A stretch of DNA of 64,000 nt from Tabrizicola sp. (lineage in GTDB: Bacteria > Pseudomonadota > Alphaproteobacteria > Rhodobacterales > Rhodobacteraceae): the NCBI RefSeq assembly GCF_041913445.1, contig NZ_JAYSFG010000002.1, positions 227,061 to 291,060 on the forward strand, given 5' to 3'. Each line of letters starts with the position of its first letter. Within the stretch, counting starts at the first letter, position 1. The position numbers and the translations under genes were made by a program. Of this stretch, positions 22,235 to 31,566 are shown in pieces. The notes beneath the pieces were generated by a model, which was not told the origin of the DNA, did not search any database, and saw only the letters and a program-made list of their open reading frames with translations.

Positions 22235-22297
22235 GTGGACACTTTGCGTGGCCTTGGAAAATCAAGCGCTTGGCGGCGGGCGTTAGGAATCCGTTAG
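22235..22297 (+). repeat. Tripartite module GTGGACA / IHF-type box / CGTTAGGAAT, copy A, with CtrA-like repeat
   Basis: GTGGACA 22235-41; AATCAAGCGCTTG 22260-72; CGTTAGGAATCCGTTAG 22281-97. Confidence 0.6.
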
Positions 22298-22379
22298 GAT
22301 CTTCGGCGACCGTCGACAGCTCTTGCCCGCATGTCGGACCTGTGGCCTTCTGACACTGTAAAGGGTGAGAGGAGGGCGC

Positions 22380-23306
22380 ATGGCGATGGGATCTCAGCTG
22401 TGGCGGGGTCTTGGCCTTGCCGTCATCCTGGCGGCTCCGGCGCGGGCGGAGTGCTTCGGGAATTGCGGCTATGGCGCGGCGATTGCCCTGGTGATCGGTG
22501 GCGGGCTGGCGGTGGTTGGGCTGGTCGGCTTCGCCCTGGTCAAGCTGCGGCTGGGCTGGCTTCTGAAATGGCTGTTCGGCGCGCTGGTGCTATTGACGCT
22601 GGTTCCGCCCACGATCCGCGACTGGATCCATTCCGCCCGGCAGCGCGCGGCGGAAAGCGTGGATTTCGCCGGCCCGCTGCCCCGGATGGACGACCGCCGC
22701 ACGCTGTTTCTGGTGCTGGACAGCGGCTACCTTGACGGATGCCCCTTCGAGATGCGGCGCCATATCGAGGAGGAGAGCCTGGCGCAGGACGCCCTGCTGG
22801 TGGACACCTGGTCGCTGGCGGGGATCGACTTCACGAAACCCGTGGTACTGGCTGACCTTCCGGTGCTGCGGCAGACGATCCGCACCCGGAGGGACGGAGA
22901 GGGTGCGCTGGCAGAACCGATGTCGGGGACGGACCGCGCCCTCCTGTCCGCCGCGGACCGCAAGGCCGCACTGGCGGGGGTGGATTACCTGGTCATCTCG
23001 GATTGCTACGGGCAAAGCGGCCTGTCCGAGGCGCTGCGGCTGAACCCGGTGCTGCAGGGCACGGACGCGCCGTTGCGGATCGAGCTTGCCATGGCGCCGG
23101 TGGACGGGCGCGCGGGCACGGTCGACCTGACGCAGCTGACCTTCGATCTGCTGGACGTCCAGTATGACGGGGTCACCCCGGGCTTTCTGATCTTTGCGCG
23201 CGAGAGGGTCGGGGGCATCAACCGCGAGCCCTATGACCGCAAACTTCTGCAGGATGCCTTCTGCCTCAGGTCGGACGGCACGACGCTGCCCAATTGCGTC
23301 TATTGA
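22380..23306 (+). CDS. Hypothetical exported membrane protein, paralogue 1
   Basis: RBS GGAGGG; signal peptide ending APARA, ECFGNC, two TM, soluble C-terminal domain. Confidence 0.75.
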   Translation: MAMGSQLWRGLGLAVILAAPARAECFGNCGYGAAIALVIGGGLAVVGLVGFALVKLRLGWLLKWLFGALVLLTLVPPTIRDWIHSARQRAAESVDFAGPLPRMDDRRTLFLVLDSGYLDGCPFEMRRHIEEESLAQDALLVDTWSLAGIDFTKPVVLADLPVLRQTIRTRRDGEGALAEPMSGTDRALLSAADRKAALAGVDYLVISDCYGQSGLSEALRLNPVLQGTDAPLRIELAMAPVDGRAGTVDLTQLTFDLLDVQYDGVTPGFLIFARERVGGINREPYDRKLLQDAFCLRSDGTTLPNCVY

Positions 23307-23401
23307 GCGCCCTTTCCCCTTGGTCAGGCCGGGAGAAGCCGACTTGTCACCCTGCGGTCTGCGTGCCTTTCTGCGCCCCGGAACTGGACGGAGGCGCACG
23401 C

Positions 23402-24277
23402 GTGCGGGTCAGGACATGGGTTGCGGGTTTCGCGCTGCTGGCCGCTCCGGCCCGGGCGGAGTGCACAGGGGGCGGCTGCTATGACGGGCTGGCGCAACTG
23501 GTGCAGGCGGTGCTGGCCTATGGGCTGATCGGGATCGTCCTTCTGGTCCTGCTGATCGTGCCGCGCTGGCGGCGGACGGGCTTTCGCGGGCTCTTGCTGG
23601 TGCTGATGGTCGCGGTGGGCGTCCCGCTGGTGAGCCAGGCCTGGCAGCGCATCCAGCGCGCGTGGATGGAGACCGGCGAGGTCCTGGGCCAGCCGCCCCG
23701 CATGAGCCTGAGGACGCCGCTTCTGATCGCGCCGGATTGGGCCTGCCGCGATGACCTTTGCGCGGCGGTCCTGATGGGGCAGGGCGCGCGGGGTGCCTAT
23801 GCGCTGCGGCTGGAAGCGCTGTCTGGGCGCGACATGGCGCAGCCCCTGGTGCTGGCCGACCTGCCGCTGGAACGCTGGACTGAAGGCGCGGGCGGCGAGC
23901 CGCGCCAGCAGCGGCTGACTGCGACCGAGAAGGCCGAGGCCCTGGCGCAGATCGACTATCTGATCCTGATCGGCAAACCCTTTCACCAGGACGGGCCGGG
24001 ACCGCTGGAGGCGGGCCTGGGCCTTGGGGAGAAGGTGTTCTTGCGGCTGGCGATGGTGCCCCTGACTGCCGGAACCGAGCGGCTGGACCTGACGGCGATG
24101 GCGTTCGACGTCCTAGACCTCGACTCGCGCCATCGCGCGCTGGGAATTCCGCTGGCGCCGGGTAACTGGGGGACGCTCTGGTCCGATCCGCTGGACCCCG
24201 ACCTGGTCGCGCGGTCGCTCTGCGGTCGGGGCGCCGAAGAGCCGGAGTGGACATGCCTCAACGCAGCCTGGCGCTGA
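23402..24277 (+). CDS. Hypothetical exported membrane protein, paralogue 2
   Basis: RBS GGAGG plus GTG; APARA-ECTGGGC, two TM; shares motifs with 22380..23306. Confidence 0.75.
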   Translation: MRVRTWVAGFALLAAPARAECTGGGCYDGLAQLVQAVLAYGLIGIVLLVLLIVPRWRRTGFRGLLLVLMVAVGVPLVSQAWQRIQRAWMETGEVLGQPPRMSLRTPLLIAPDWACRDDLCAAVLMGQGARGAYALRLEALSGRDMAQPLVLADLPLERWTEGAGGEPRQQRLTATEKAEALAQIDYLILIGKPFHQDGPGPLEAGLGLGEKVFLRLAMVPLTAGTERLDLTAMAFDVLDLDSRHRALGIPLAPGNWGTLWSDPLDPDLVARSLCGRGAEEPEWTCLNAAWR

Positions 24278-24676
24278 ATCGCGCCCCCGTCGCGGTGAAA
24301 TTCGCCATTGCCCTTTGTCGGTTTTTGCCGCTAGGGTCGCGGCAAGGCAGGTCGTCTGCCCGAAGAATTCTCTCCCTTGGGGCCTTGGGCGCGCTGACGC
24401 GTGTCGCCCTGGGGGAGCCGGATCGGTCGCAAGACCGTGCACATTGCCTGCAAGTCCCCGGATTTGTTGGCTTTCAGAGGTGGAGGGCCCCTAGGCCCTT
24501 CAATTTGTAACCGCGATGAGGCTTGTGAGCACCTTGCGCATTGGACCAGTCGACCCGCAGGGTCGGAGGCCGTTGCACCTGCTTCAAGTCCGCGCCCAGA
24601 CAAGCCGCCCCGCCCGTATCGTTTCCCCGTCTGGCCCGCCAGGCGACCCGTTGCGCTTGGGGCGCAGTGGACCAAC

Positions 24677-27385
24677 ATGTCAAAGAAGATGCTTATCGAC
24701 GCCACCCATCCCGAGGAAACCCGGGTGGTCGTGGTCGACGGAAACAAGGTCGAAGAATTCGATTTCGAGACCGTAAACAAGCGCCAGCTGGCCGGGAACA
24801 TCTACCTGGCCAAGGTGACGCGGGTCGAACCCTCGCTACAGGCGGCCTTCGTGGAATATGGCGGGAACCGGCATGGTTTCCTGGCCTTCGCCGAAATCCA
24901 CCCGGACTATTACCAGATCCCGGTCGCCGACCGTAAGGCGCTGATCGAGGAAGAGCGGGCGATGGCCCGCGCCGAGGAAGAGGAAGAGAACCGCCGCTCG
25001 CGCCGCCGGGGCCCGCGGCCGCAAGGCAAGGCCGAGGCGGTGAAGTCCGATGACCCGGTGGCCGAAGGCCCGGCGGGAATGGACGTGGTCGACTTGGGCG
25101 AGGACGAGGCCCAGGATGGCCCGCTGGTCGAGGCGGCCAACGAGGCCGTCGAGACCGGGCATGACCAGGATCACGATGGCCCCGATCACGAGGGCCACGC
25201 GCATCACGATCACGCGCATCACGATCACGACCATCACAACGAGTCCGTCGAGAATGGCGACAACGGTCGCTACCGGGCCGTGGACCATGCCTCGGACACC
25301 GACGAGGAAATCGAATCCATCGCCGAAGAGGACGTGGCCGAGGAAATCGCCCAGCCGCGCCGCCCGCGCGCCCGGCGCTACAAGATCCAGGAAGTGATCA
25401 AGGTCCGGCAGATCATGCTGGTCCAGGTCGTCAAGGAAGAGCGTGGCAACAAGGGCGCGGCGCTGACCACTTACCTGTCTCTGGCGGGCCGCTACTGCGT
25501 GCTGATGCCGAACACGGCGCGGGGCGGCGGGATCAGCCGCAAGATCACCAATGCCGTTGACCGCAAGAAGTTGAAAGAGATCGCGGGCGAGCTGGAGGTG
25601 CCGGAAGGCGCGGGCCTGATCGTCCGGACGGCCGGGGCCAAGCGCACCAAGGCCGAGATCAAGCGCGACTACGAATACCTGATGCGGCTTTGGGAGCAGA
25701 TCCGCGAGCTGACGCTGAAGTCGATCGCTCCGGCAAAGATCTACGAGGAAGGCGACCTGATCAAGCGGTCGATCCGCGACCTTTACAGCCGCGAGATCGA
25801 CGAGGTGCTGGTCGAGGGCGAGGCTGGCTATCGCACCGCCAAGGACTTCATGCGGATGATCATGCCGAGCCACGCGAAGCAGGTGGTGCGGTATACCGAG
25901 CAGACCCCGCTTTTCGCGAAGTACCAGGTTGAGGGGTATCTCTCGGGCATGTTCAACCCGGTGGTGCAGCTGAAATCCGGCGGCTACATCGTGATCGGCG
26001 TGACCGAGGCTTTGGTCGCCATCGACGTGAACTCGGGCCGGGCCACGAAGGAAGGGTCGATCGAGGAAACCGCGCTGAAGACGAACGTCGAGGCGGCCGA
26101 GGAGATCGCCCGGCAGCTGCGGCTGCGTGACCTTGCTGGCCTGATCGTCATCGACTTCATCGACATGGAAGAGCGGCGGAACAACGCCACGGTCGAGAAG
26201 CGGTTGAAGGACAAGCTGAAGACGGACCGGGCGCGGATCCAGGTCGGGCGGATCAGTGGCTTTGGCTTGCTGGAGATGAGCCGGCAGCGGCTGCGGCCCG
26301 GGATGCTGGAATCGACCACCCAGGCCTGCCCGCATTGCCACGGCACCGGGCTGATCCGGTCGGATGACAGCATGGCGCTGCAGGTGCTGCGCGCGCTGGA
26401 GGAAGAGGGCACGCGGAAGCGGTCGCGCGAGGTGCTCTTGAAGGCCCCCGTCGGCATCGTGAACTACCTCTTCAACGCCAAGCGCGAGCATGTGGCGATG
26501 ATCGAGGCGCGCTACGGGATGAGCGTGCGGATCGAGGCGGACCCGATGATGGTCAGCCCCGATTACAGCATCGAGAAGTTCAAGACCGCTCTGCGCGTCG
26601 TCCCGGAGACTCCGGTCGTGTCGGGCCATGCGGGCCTGATGGGCGCGCCGGTCGCGGAAGAGGAAGACGAGGACATCGTCGACGATCTGGTCGAGGAGGA
26701 AGCCGAGGAGGCGACCGAAGCGGCCCCTGCCGCGCCTGCGGGCGAGGGGGACGGCCAGCCCGGGCGCAAGAAGCGGCGTCGTCGTCGGCGGCGGCGGGGT
26801 GGCCAGCGCGAAGGCGCGGGCCCGAACGGTGCGGCCGAGGAGCAAGGCTCGGATGAGGACGGCGACGACGAGGGCGACGAGGGTGAGGACGCGGGCGAGG
26901 CTGCTCAGGCCGAGGTGACGGAAACCGTCGCGCCGGTCGTGGCCGAGGAAGCCCCGGCCGCCAAGCCGAAGCGCACCCGGAAACCGCGCGGCGCGAAGGC
27001 CGAGGCCGCGCCCGAGGCCGAGCCGGCACCGGAGGTGGAGGCCGCAGCCGAGTCTGCCGCCGAACCCGTAGCCGAGGAGAAACCCGCGCCGAAGAAGCGG
27101 GCGAGCCGCGCCAAGGCAGCGGCTCCGGAGGCCGAGGCCGTTCCGGCCGAGGCGCCGAAGCCCAAGGGTCGTGGCGCGCGGTCGAAGGCATCCGCTGCCG
27201 AGGCGGCGCCGGCAGTCGAGGCGGCACCGGCTGTCGAAGCCGCGCCTGCCCTGGCACCTGATCCCGGGATGGCTGCGGTGGCCGAAACTGTTGTGGCCGA
27301 TCCGGCCGAGGCCGAGACCCCGGCACCGGAGGCTGACGAGCCCGCCAAGCCCAAGCGCAAGGGCTGGTGGTCGCTGGGCCGCTGA
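24677..27385 (+). CDS. rne: Ribonuclease E
   Basis: MLIDATH, HGFLAFAEIH, QVVKEERGNKGA, DVNSG, DFIDM, CPHC, Arg-rich tract, C-terminal GWW. Confidence 0.97.
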   Translation: MSKKMLIDATHPEETRVVVVDGNKVEEFDFETVNKRQLAGNIYLAKVTRVEPSLQAAFVEYGGNRHGFLAFAEIHPDYYQIPVADRKALIEEERAMARAEEEEENRRSRRRGPRPQGKAEAVKSDDPVAEGPAGMDVVDLGEDEAQDGPLVEAANEAVETGHDQDHDGPDHEGHAHHDHAHHDHDHHNESVENGDNGRYRAVDHASDTDEEIESIAEEDVAEEIAQPRRPRARRYKIQEVIKVRQIMLVQVVKEERGNKGAALTTYLSLAGRYCVLMPNTARGGGISRKITNAVDRKKLKEIAGELEVPEGAGLIVRTAGAKRTKAEIKRDYEYLMRLWEQIRELTLKSIAPAKIYEEGDLIKRSIRDLYSREIDEVLVEGEAGYRTAKDFMRMIMPSHAKQVVRYTEQTPLFAKYQVEGYLSGMFNPVVQLKSGGYIVIGVTEALVAIDVNSGRATKEGSIEETALKTNVEAAEEIARQLRLRDLAGLIVIDFIDMEERRNNATVEKRLKDKLKTDRARIQVGRISGFGLLEMSRQRLRPGMLESTTQACPHCHGTGLIRSDDSMALQVLRALEEEGTRKRSREVLLKAPVGIVNYLFNAKREHVAMIEARYGMSVRIEADPMMVSPDYSIEKFKTALRVVPETPVVSGHAGLMGAPVAEEEDEDIVDDLVEEEAEEATEAAPAAPAGEGDGQPGRKKRRRRRRRRGGQREGAGPNGAAEEQGSDEDGDDEGDEGEDAGEAAQAEVTETVAPVVAEEAPAAKPKRTRKPRGAKAEAAPEAEPAPEVEAAAESAAEPVAEEKPAPKKRASRAKAAAPEAEAVPAEAPKPKGRGARSKASAAEAAPAVEAAPAVEAAPALAPDPGMAAVAETVVADPAEAETPAPEADEPAKPKRKGWWSLGR

Positions 27386-27406
27386 GACTGACTGGACTGG
27401 ACAAGG

Positions 27407-27437
27407 ACGGGCGGCTTCGGCCGCCCGTTTCCTTTTT
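27407..27437 (+). terminator. Intrinsic terminator after rne
   Basis: ACGGGCGGC-TTCG-GCCGCCCGT then TTCCTTTTT. Confidence 0.85.
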
Positions 27438-27497
27438 CCCCGGCGGGTCGGACGGCGCGCGTGAGCCCTCCCCAAGCGCTGCGTCAGCTAGGTCCGG

Positions 27498-27728
27498 TCA
27501 GCCGCGGCGGATGAGGTGGAGCGTGACAGTGCCGTCGGATTCGGACCCGAGGTAGGCGTGCCCGGCCTCGGCGCAGAAATGCGGCAGGTCGATCAAGGCC
27601 ATCGCATCGGTCGCCCGGACGCAGAGGACGGTTCCGGGGTCGAGCGCCAGAAGCCGCTTCCGGGCGCGCAGCACGGGAAGCGGGCAGAGAAGCCCCTCGC
27701 AGTCGATCTCGATGTCCCAATTGGCCAT
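27498..27728 (-). CDS. tusA: TusA-family sulfur carrier protein
   Basis: IDCEGLLCPLPVL, ATD, DLPHFC. Confidence 0.85.
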   Translation of the reverse strand: MANWDIEIDCEGLLCPLPVLRARKRLLALDPGTVLCVRATDAMALIDLPHFCAEAGHAYLGSESDGTVTLHLIRRG

Positions 27729-27851
27729 GCGCGCGGGTGTAGCGGTAGCGTGGCCCTGCGGCAAGGTTACAGGGAGTGAACGGGGATGTGACGCGCTGTC
27801 CCGGTGACGCGGCCCGCGAAAGCCGCTATCTGGGGCGGGAAGGGGAGGCCC

Positions 27852-28610
27852 ATGTTCGGAATCGAGATCATCGACGCTGCCCTTCTGCCCGCGATGCTGG
27901 TCGCGCTGGTGGCGGGCGTGCTGTCCTTCCTCAGCCCATGCGTCCTGCCCATCGTGCCGCCCTACCTGGCCTACATGGGCGGGATCAGCATGGGCGAGAT
28001 GACCAGCCAGGGCGCGGCGCGGAAACGGGTGATCCTGCCGGCGCTGTTCTTCGTCCTTGGTCTGTCGACGATCTTCCTTCTCCTGGGCTTCACCGCTTCG
28101 GCCTTCGGCAGTTTCGTGCTGGAGAACCAGGTCCTGCTGGCGCGGATCTCGGGCGTCGTCATCATCATCTTCGGCCTGCATTTCCTGGGCCTGTTCCGGA
28201 TCCCGATCCTGGACCGCGAAATGCGGCTGGACGCGGGCGACCGGGGCGGCTCGGCGCTGGGTGCCTACCTGCTGGGGCTGGCCTTCGCCTTCGGCTGGAC
28301 GCCCTGCATCGGGCCGCAACTGGGGGCGATCCTCTCGCTGGCCGCGCAGGAAGGCAGCATGGAGCGTGGCACGCTGCTACTGGGCGTCTATGCGCTGGGG
28401 CTGGGCCTGCCGTTCCTTCTGGCTGCCATTTTCATCGAGAAATCAATGCATGTGATGGCAAAGCTCAAGCGTCACATGAAGCTGATAGAACGGTTGATGG
28501 GCGGGCTTCTGATCATCGTCGGCGTCGCCCTGGTCACTGGCGCCTTCACCGATTTCAGCTACTGGATGCTGGAGACCTATGAGGTCCTCGGCCTGCCACT
28601 GCCGGGTTGA
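27852..28610 (+). CDS. ccdA: Cytochrome c biogenesis protein CcdA
   Basis: SFLSPCVLP, FGWTPCIGP; about 6 TM. Confidence 0.92.
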   Translation: MFGIEIIDAALLPAMLVALVAGVLSFLSPCVLPIVPPYLAYMGGISMGEMTSQGAARKRVILPALFFVLGLSTIFLLLGFTASAFGSFVLENQVLLARISGVVIIIFGLHFLGLFRIPILDREMRLDAGDRGGSALGAYLLGLAFAFGWTPCIGPQLGAILSLAAQEGSMERGTLLLGVYALGLGLPFLLAAIFIEKSMHVMAKLKRHMKLIERLMGGLLIIVGVALVTGAFTDFSYWMLETYEVLGLPLPG

Positions 28611-28662
28611 GTGCTTCCTTCTTGCTAACCGTCGGGTAAGGTGTGCCGGGCAGGATGTCGGC

Positions 28663-29880
28663 ATGGTGGAACGCGTGAAACGGTTGGGACAGGGGAGGGA
28701 GCGGGGCGCCTACCGGCGTCGGGTGCTGTACATCCCCGGCTACGACCCCTTCCCGCCCCGCCGCTACCGCGAACTCTTCCGGACCGAAGGGGCCGAACAG
28801 GCTGCCATCTCGGGCTACAGCCTGACCCTCAAACCCCGCCCGGGCGAGACCTACGGATGGCAGGTCGAGGCGCATGTCGACGGGCGCGAGGTCCAGGCCG
28901 AAGTCGAGGTCCTGGTCTGGTCGGACCTCGTCAAGGGCTCGATGGCGCGGGGCATCCTGGGCACCTATGTGCTTCTGGCGCGGACGGCCTGGGTCTACAT
29001 CGCATCGGGCGCGCTGTTCCGGCTGGTCCGGCTGCGCAAGGGGCCGATGATCGCGGCGCTTTATCCGGCGATTCTGCTGGTCTTGCAGCTGCTGGTCGCG
29101 CTTCTGGCCGGGGCGCTGGCGGTCTGGATTGCGCCCTGGCCCTGGATCGACCTCGCCCTCGGGGCGGGCGTCGCCTGGGCGACCTTGGAGGGGTTCCGCA
29201 GGCTCGACCGGCGGCTTTACGTGTATTACCTGATGCATGACTTTGCCTTCACCGCGCTGGGCGGCGGGGTCTATCCGGCCGTGCTGGAAGAGCGGATGGC
29301 GCTGTTCCGCAGCCGGATCCGCGCGGCGCTGGCCAGCGGCGTGCAGGAAGTGCTGGTGGTCGGCCATTCCTCGGGCGTGCACATCGGCGTGTCGGTCCTG
29401 GCGGACCTGATCCGCGAGGGCCTGCCGCCGGACGGGCCGTCGCTGAGTTTCCTGAGGCTGGGGCAGGCGGTGCCGATGGCCTCGTTCCTGCCGGGCGCGC
29501 AGCGGTTGCGGGCGGACCTGCGGTTCCTGTCGGAATGCGAGGAGGTGACCTGGGTGGACGTGACGGCGCCCAGCGATGGTTGCAGCTTTTCGCTTTGCGA
29601 TCCCGTGGCGGTCAGCGGCGTCGCGACCGAGGCGCAGCGTTGGCCGCTGGTGATCTCGGCGTCATTCACCCAGACGCTCAGCCCGGAACGCTGGCGGGAG
29701 CTGCGCTGGCAGTTCTTCCGGCTGCATTTCCAGTACATGTGCGCCTTCGACCGGCCCGGGGACTACGACTATTTCCAGATCACCGCCGGCCCGATGTCGC
29801 TGCGAAAGCGCTTCCGCCGCCGCAGCCCCTCGGCCAGCCGGATCACGCGGCCCTACAGTCCCTACCGGGACGCGGCATGA
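28663..29880 (+). CDS. Membrane-anchored alpha/beta-hydrolase-like hypothetical protein coupled to P450
   Basis: YIPGYDP, central TM segments, VVGHSSG (GxSxG); stop overlaps P450 start (ATGA). Confidence 0.75.
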   Translation: MVERVKRLGQGRERGAYRRRVLYIPGYDPFPPRRYRELFRTEGAEQAAISGYSLTLKPRPGETYGWQVEAHVDGREVQAEVEVLVWSDLVKGSMARGILGTYVLLARTAWVYIASGALFRLVRLRKGPMIAALYPAILLVLQLLVALLAGALAVWIAPWPWIDLALGAGVAWATLEGFRRLDRRLYVYYLMHDFAFTALGGGVYPAVLEERMALFRSRIRAALASGVQEVLVVGHSSGVHIGVSVLADLIREGLPPDGPSLSFLRLGQAVPMASFLPGAQRLRADLRFLSECEEVTWVDVTAPSDGCSFSLCDPVAVSGVATEAQRWPLVISASFTQTLSPERWRELRWQFFRLHFQYMCAFDRPGDYDYFQITAGPMSLRKRFRRRSPSASRITRPYSPYRDAA

Positions 29881-31238
29881 CCCCGCCCAAACCGGAGCCG
29901 CGGGCGGACAGGGTTTCTCTCTTCGGCCATCTGCGCGCGTTCCGGCGGGACATCCTGTCGGCGCAGCCGGCGCGGCTGTACCGGGCCTGGATGGCCGAAT
30001 TCCGGACGCCGTTCTTCGAAAGCTATCTCTGCAACGACCCGGCGCTGGTGCGTCTTGTGCTGGACGAACGGCCGGCGGACTTCCCGAAATCGGACCGGGT
30101 GACGGAAGGGTTGCGGCCGCTTCTGGGGCGGTCGGTCTTCGTCACCAATGGCGAGGACTGGCTGCGGCAGCGTCGGATCATCGACCCCGCCTTCGAGGGC
30201 GGGCGGCTGAAGGAGGCCTTCCCGGCGATCTGGGCGGCAAGCGCGGCGGCGGTAGAGCGGATGGACACGGGCGAGGTGGAGGTCGAGCTTGCCGCGAGCC
30301 ATGCGGCGGCGGATGTGATCTTCCGCACGCTTTTCTCCATCCCCATCGAGGACCGCGTGGCGCAGGCGGTGTTCCACGAGTTCCGGGCCTACCAGCGCTC
30401 GGCCCCGATCCTGAACCTGGGGGCGTTCGTGCGGCTGCCGGCATGGGTTCCTCGGCTGCATCGGGGCGCGACGCGGCGGTCGGCGCGGGTGATCCGGGGC
30501 CTGATCGAGGGGCTGACCGCCGCGCGGGCGCTGGCCATCGCGGAAGGACAGGCGCCGCAGGACCTTGCGACGAAGATCATGACGACGTTGGACCCGGTGA
30601 CGGGGGAGCGGTTCGGAACCGAGGAGATGGTCGACCAGGTGGCGATCTTCTTCCTGGCCGGGCACGAGACCAGCGCCTCGGCCCTGGCCTGGGCGCTATA
30701 TCTCCTGGCGACGCATCCGGAAGCGCAGGACCGGGTGGCGGCGGAGGCGGCGGCGTTGCGGCCGGAGTTCGGGGTGATGGGGTCGCTGCGGTTCACGCGG
30801 GATGTCTTCCGCGAGGCGCTGCGGCTTTACCCGCCCGTGCCGATGCTGGTGCGGGAAACGACGGGGCGCGAGGAATTCCGCGGCCGCAAGCTGCGGCGGG
30901 GGGCGCAGGTGGTGATCAGCCCCTGGCACCTGCACCGGCATGAACGGCTGTGGGAGCGGCCCGATGCCTTCGATCCGGACCGCTGGGCCGGCGAGGTGCC
31001 GCAGGGGGGCTACCTGCCGTTTTCGCGCGGGCCGCGGGTCTGCCCCGGAGCGGGCTTTGCGATGCTGGAGGGCACTCTGATGCTGGCGCATCTGGTGCGG
31101 GCGTTCCGGTTCGAGGCGGTGCCGGACCGCGTCCCGGTGCCGGTGGCGCATCTGACGGTGCGGGCGAAGGACGGGATCTGGCTGCGGGTTACACGACGGG
31201 AGGTGGGCGACACGCCCACCCTACCGGGACCTGCGTAG
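29877..31238 (+). CDS. Cytochrome P450
   Basis: AGHETS (I helix), EALRLYPP (ExxR), FSRGPRVCPG (heme Cys). Confidence 0.95.
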   Translation: MTPPKPEPRADRVSLFGHLRAFRRDILSAQPARLYRAWMAEFRTPFFESYLCNDPALVRLVLDERPADFPKSDRVTEGLRPLLGRSVFVTNGEDWLRQRRIIDPAFEGGRLKEAFPAIWAASAAAVERMDTGEVEVELAASHAAADVIFRTLFSIPIEDRVAQAVFHEFRAYQRSAPILNLGAFVRLPAWVPRLHRGATRRSARVIRGLIEGLTAARALAIAEGQAPQDLATKIMTTLDPVTGERFGTEEMVDQVAIFFLAGHETSASALAWALYLLATHPEAQDRVAAEAAALRPEFGVMGSLRFTRDVFREALRLYPPVPMLVRETTGREEFRGRKLRRGAQVVISPWHLHRHERLWERPDAFDPDRWAGEVPQGGYLPFSRGPRVCPGAGFAMLEGTLMLAHLVRAFRFEAVPDRVPVPVAHLTVRAKDGIWLRVTRREVGDTPTLPGPA

Positions 31239-31257
31239 GGTGGGCGTATCGCCCACC
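31202..31257. repeat. GTAG-family REP doublet (inverted pair)
   Basis: GGTGGGC-GACAC-GCCCACC-CTAC (31202-24) and GTAG-GGTGGGC-GTATC-GCCCACC (31235-57). Confidence 0.85.
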
Positions 31258-31263
31258 GCCCGG

Positions 31264-31503
31264 TCAGAGAAGCTCGACCCGGTAGCTTTCGATGACGGTG
31301 TTGGCGAGAAGCTTCTCGCACATCGCCTTGACCTCGGTCTCGGCCTGGGCGGCGTCGGTGGCGGCCAGGTCAAGCTCGATCACCTTGCCCTGGCGCACGC
31401 CGGTCACGCCCTGGAAGCCCAGCGAGCCGAGTGCGTGGCGCACGGCCTCGCCCTGCGGATCAAGGACGCCGTTCTTCAGCATGACGGTGACGCGGGCTTT
31501 CAT
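31264..31503 (-). CDS. purS: FGAM synthase subunit PurS
   Basis: MKARVTVMLKNGVLDPQG, VRQGK, LLANTVIE. Confidence 0.95.
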   Translation of the reverse strand: MKARVTVMLKNGVLDPQGEAVRHALGSLGFQGVTGVRQGKVIELDLAATDAAQAETEVKAMCEKLLANTVIESYRVELL

Positions 31504-31566
31504 CGGGGCCTCCGGTATCTGGTCTGGCCCGTCCTTAGCGAAGCGCCGGGCGGGCGGCAAGGCGGG

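Noticed and set aside
26900-27350. EAAPAV/PAKPKR repeats in the RNase E C-terminus as a repeat array
   Set aside because: Coding low-complexity disordered region; no constant repeat-spacer structure
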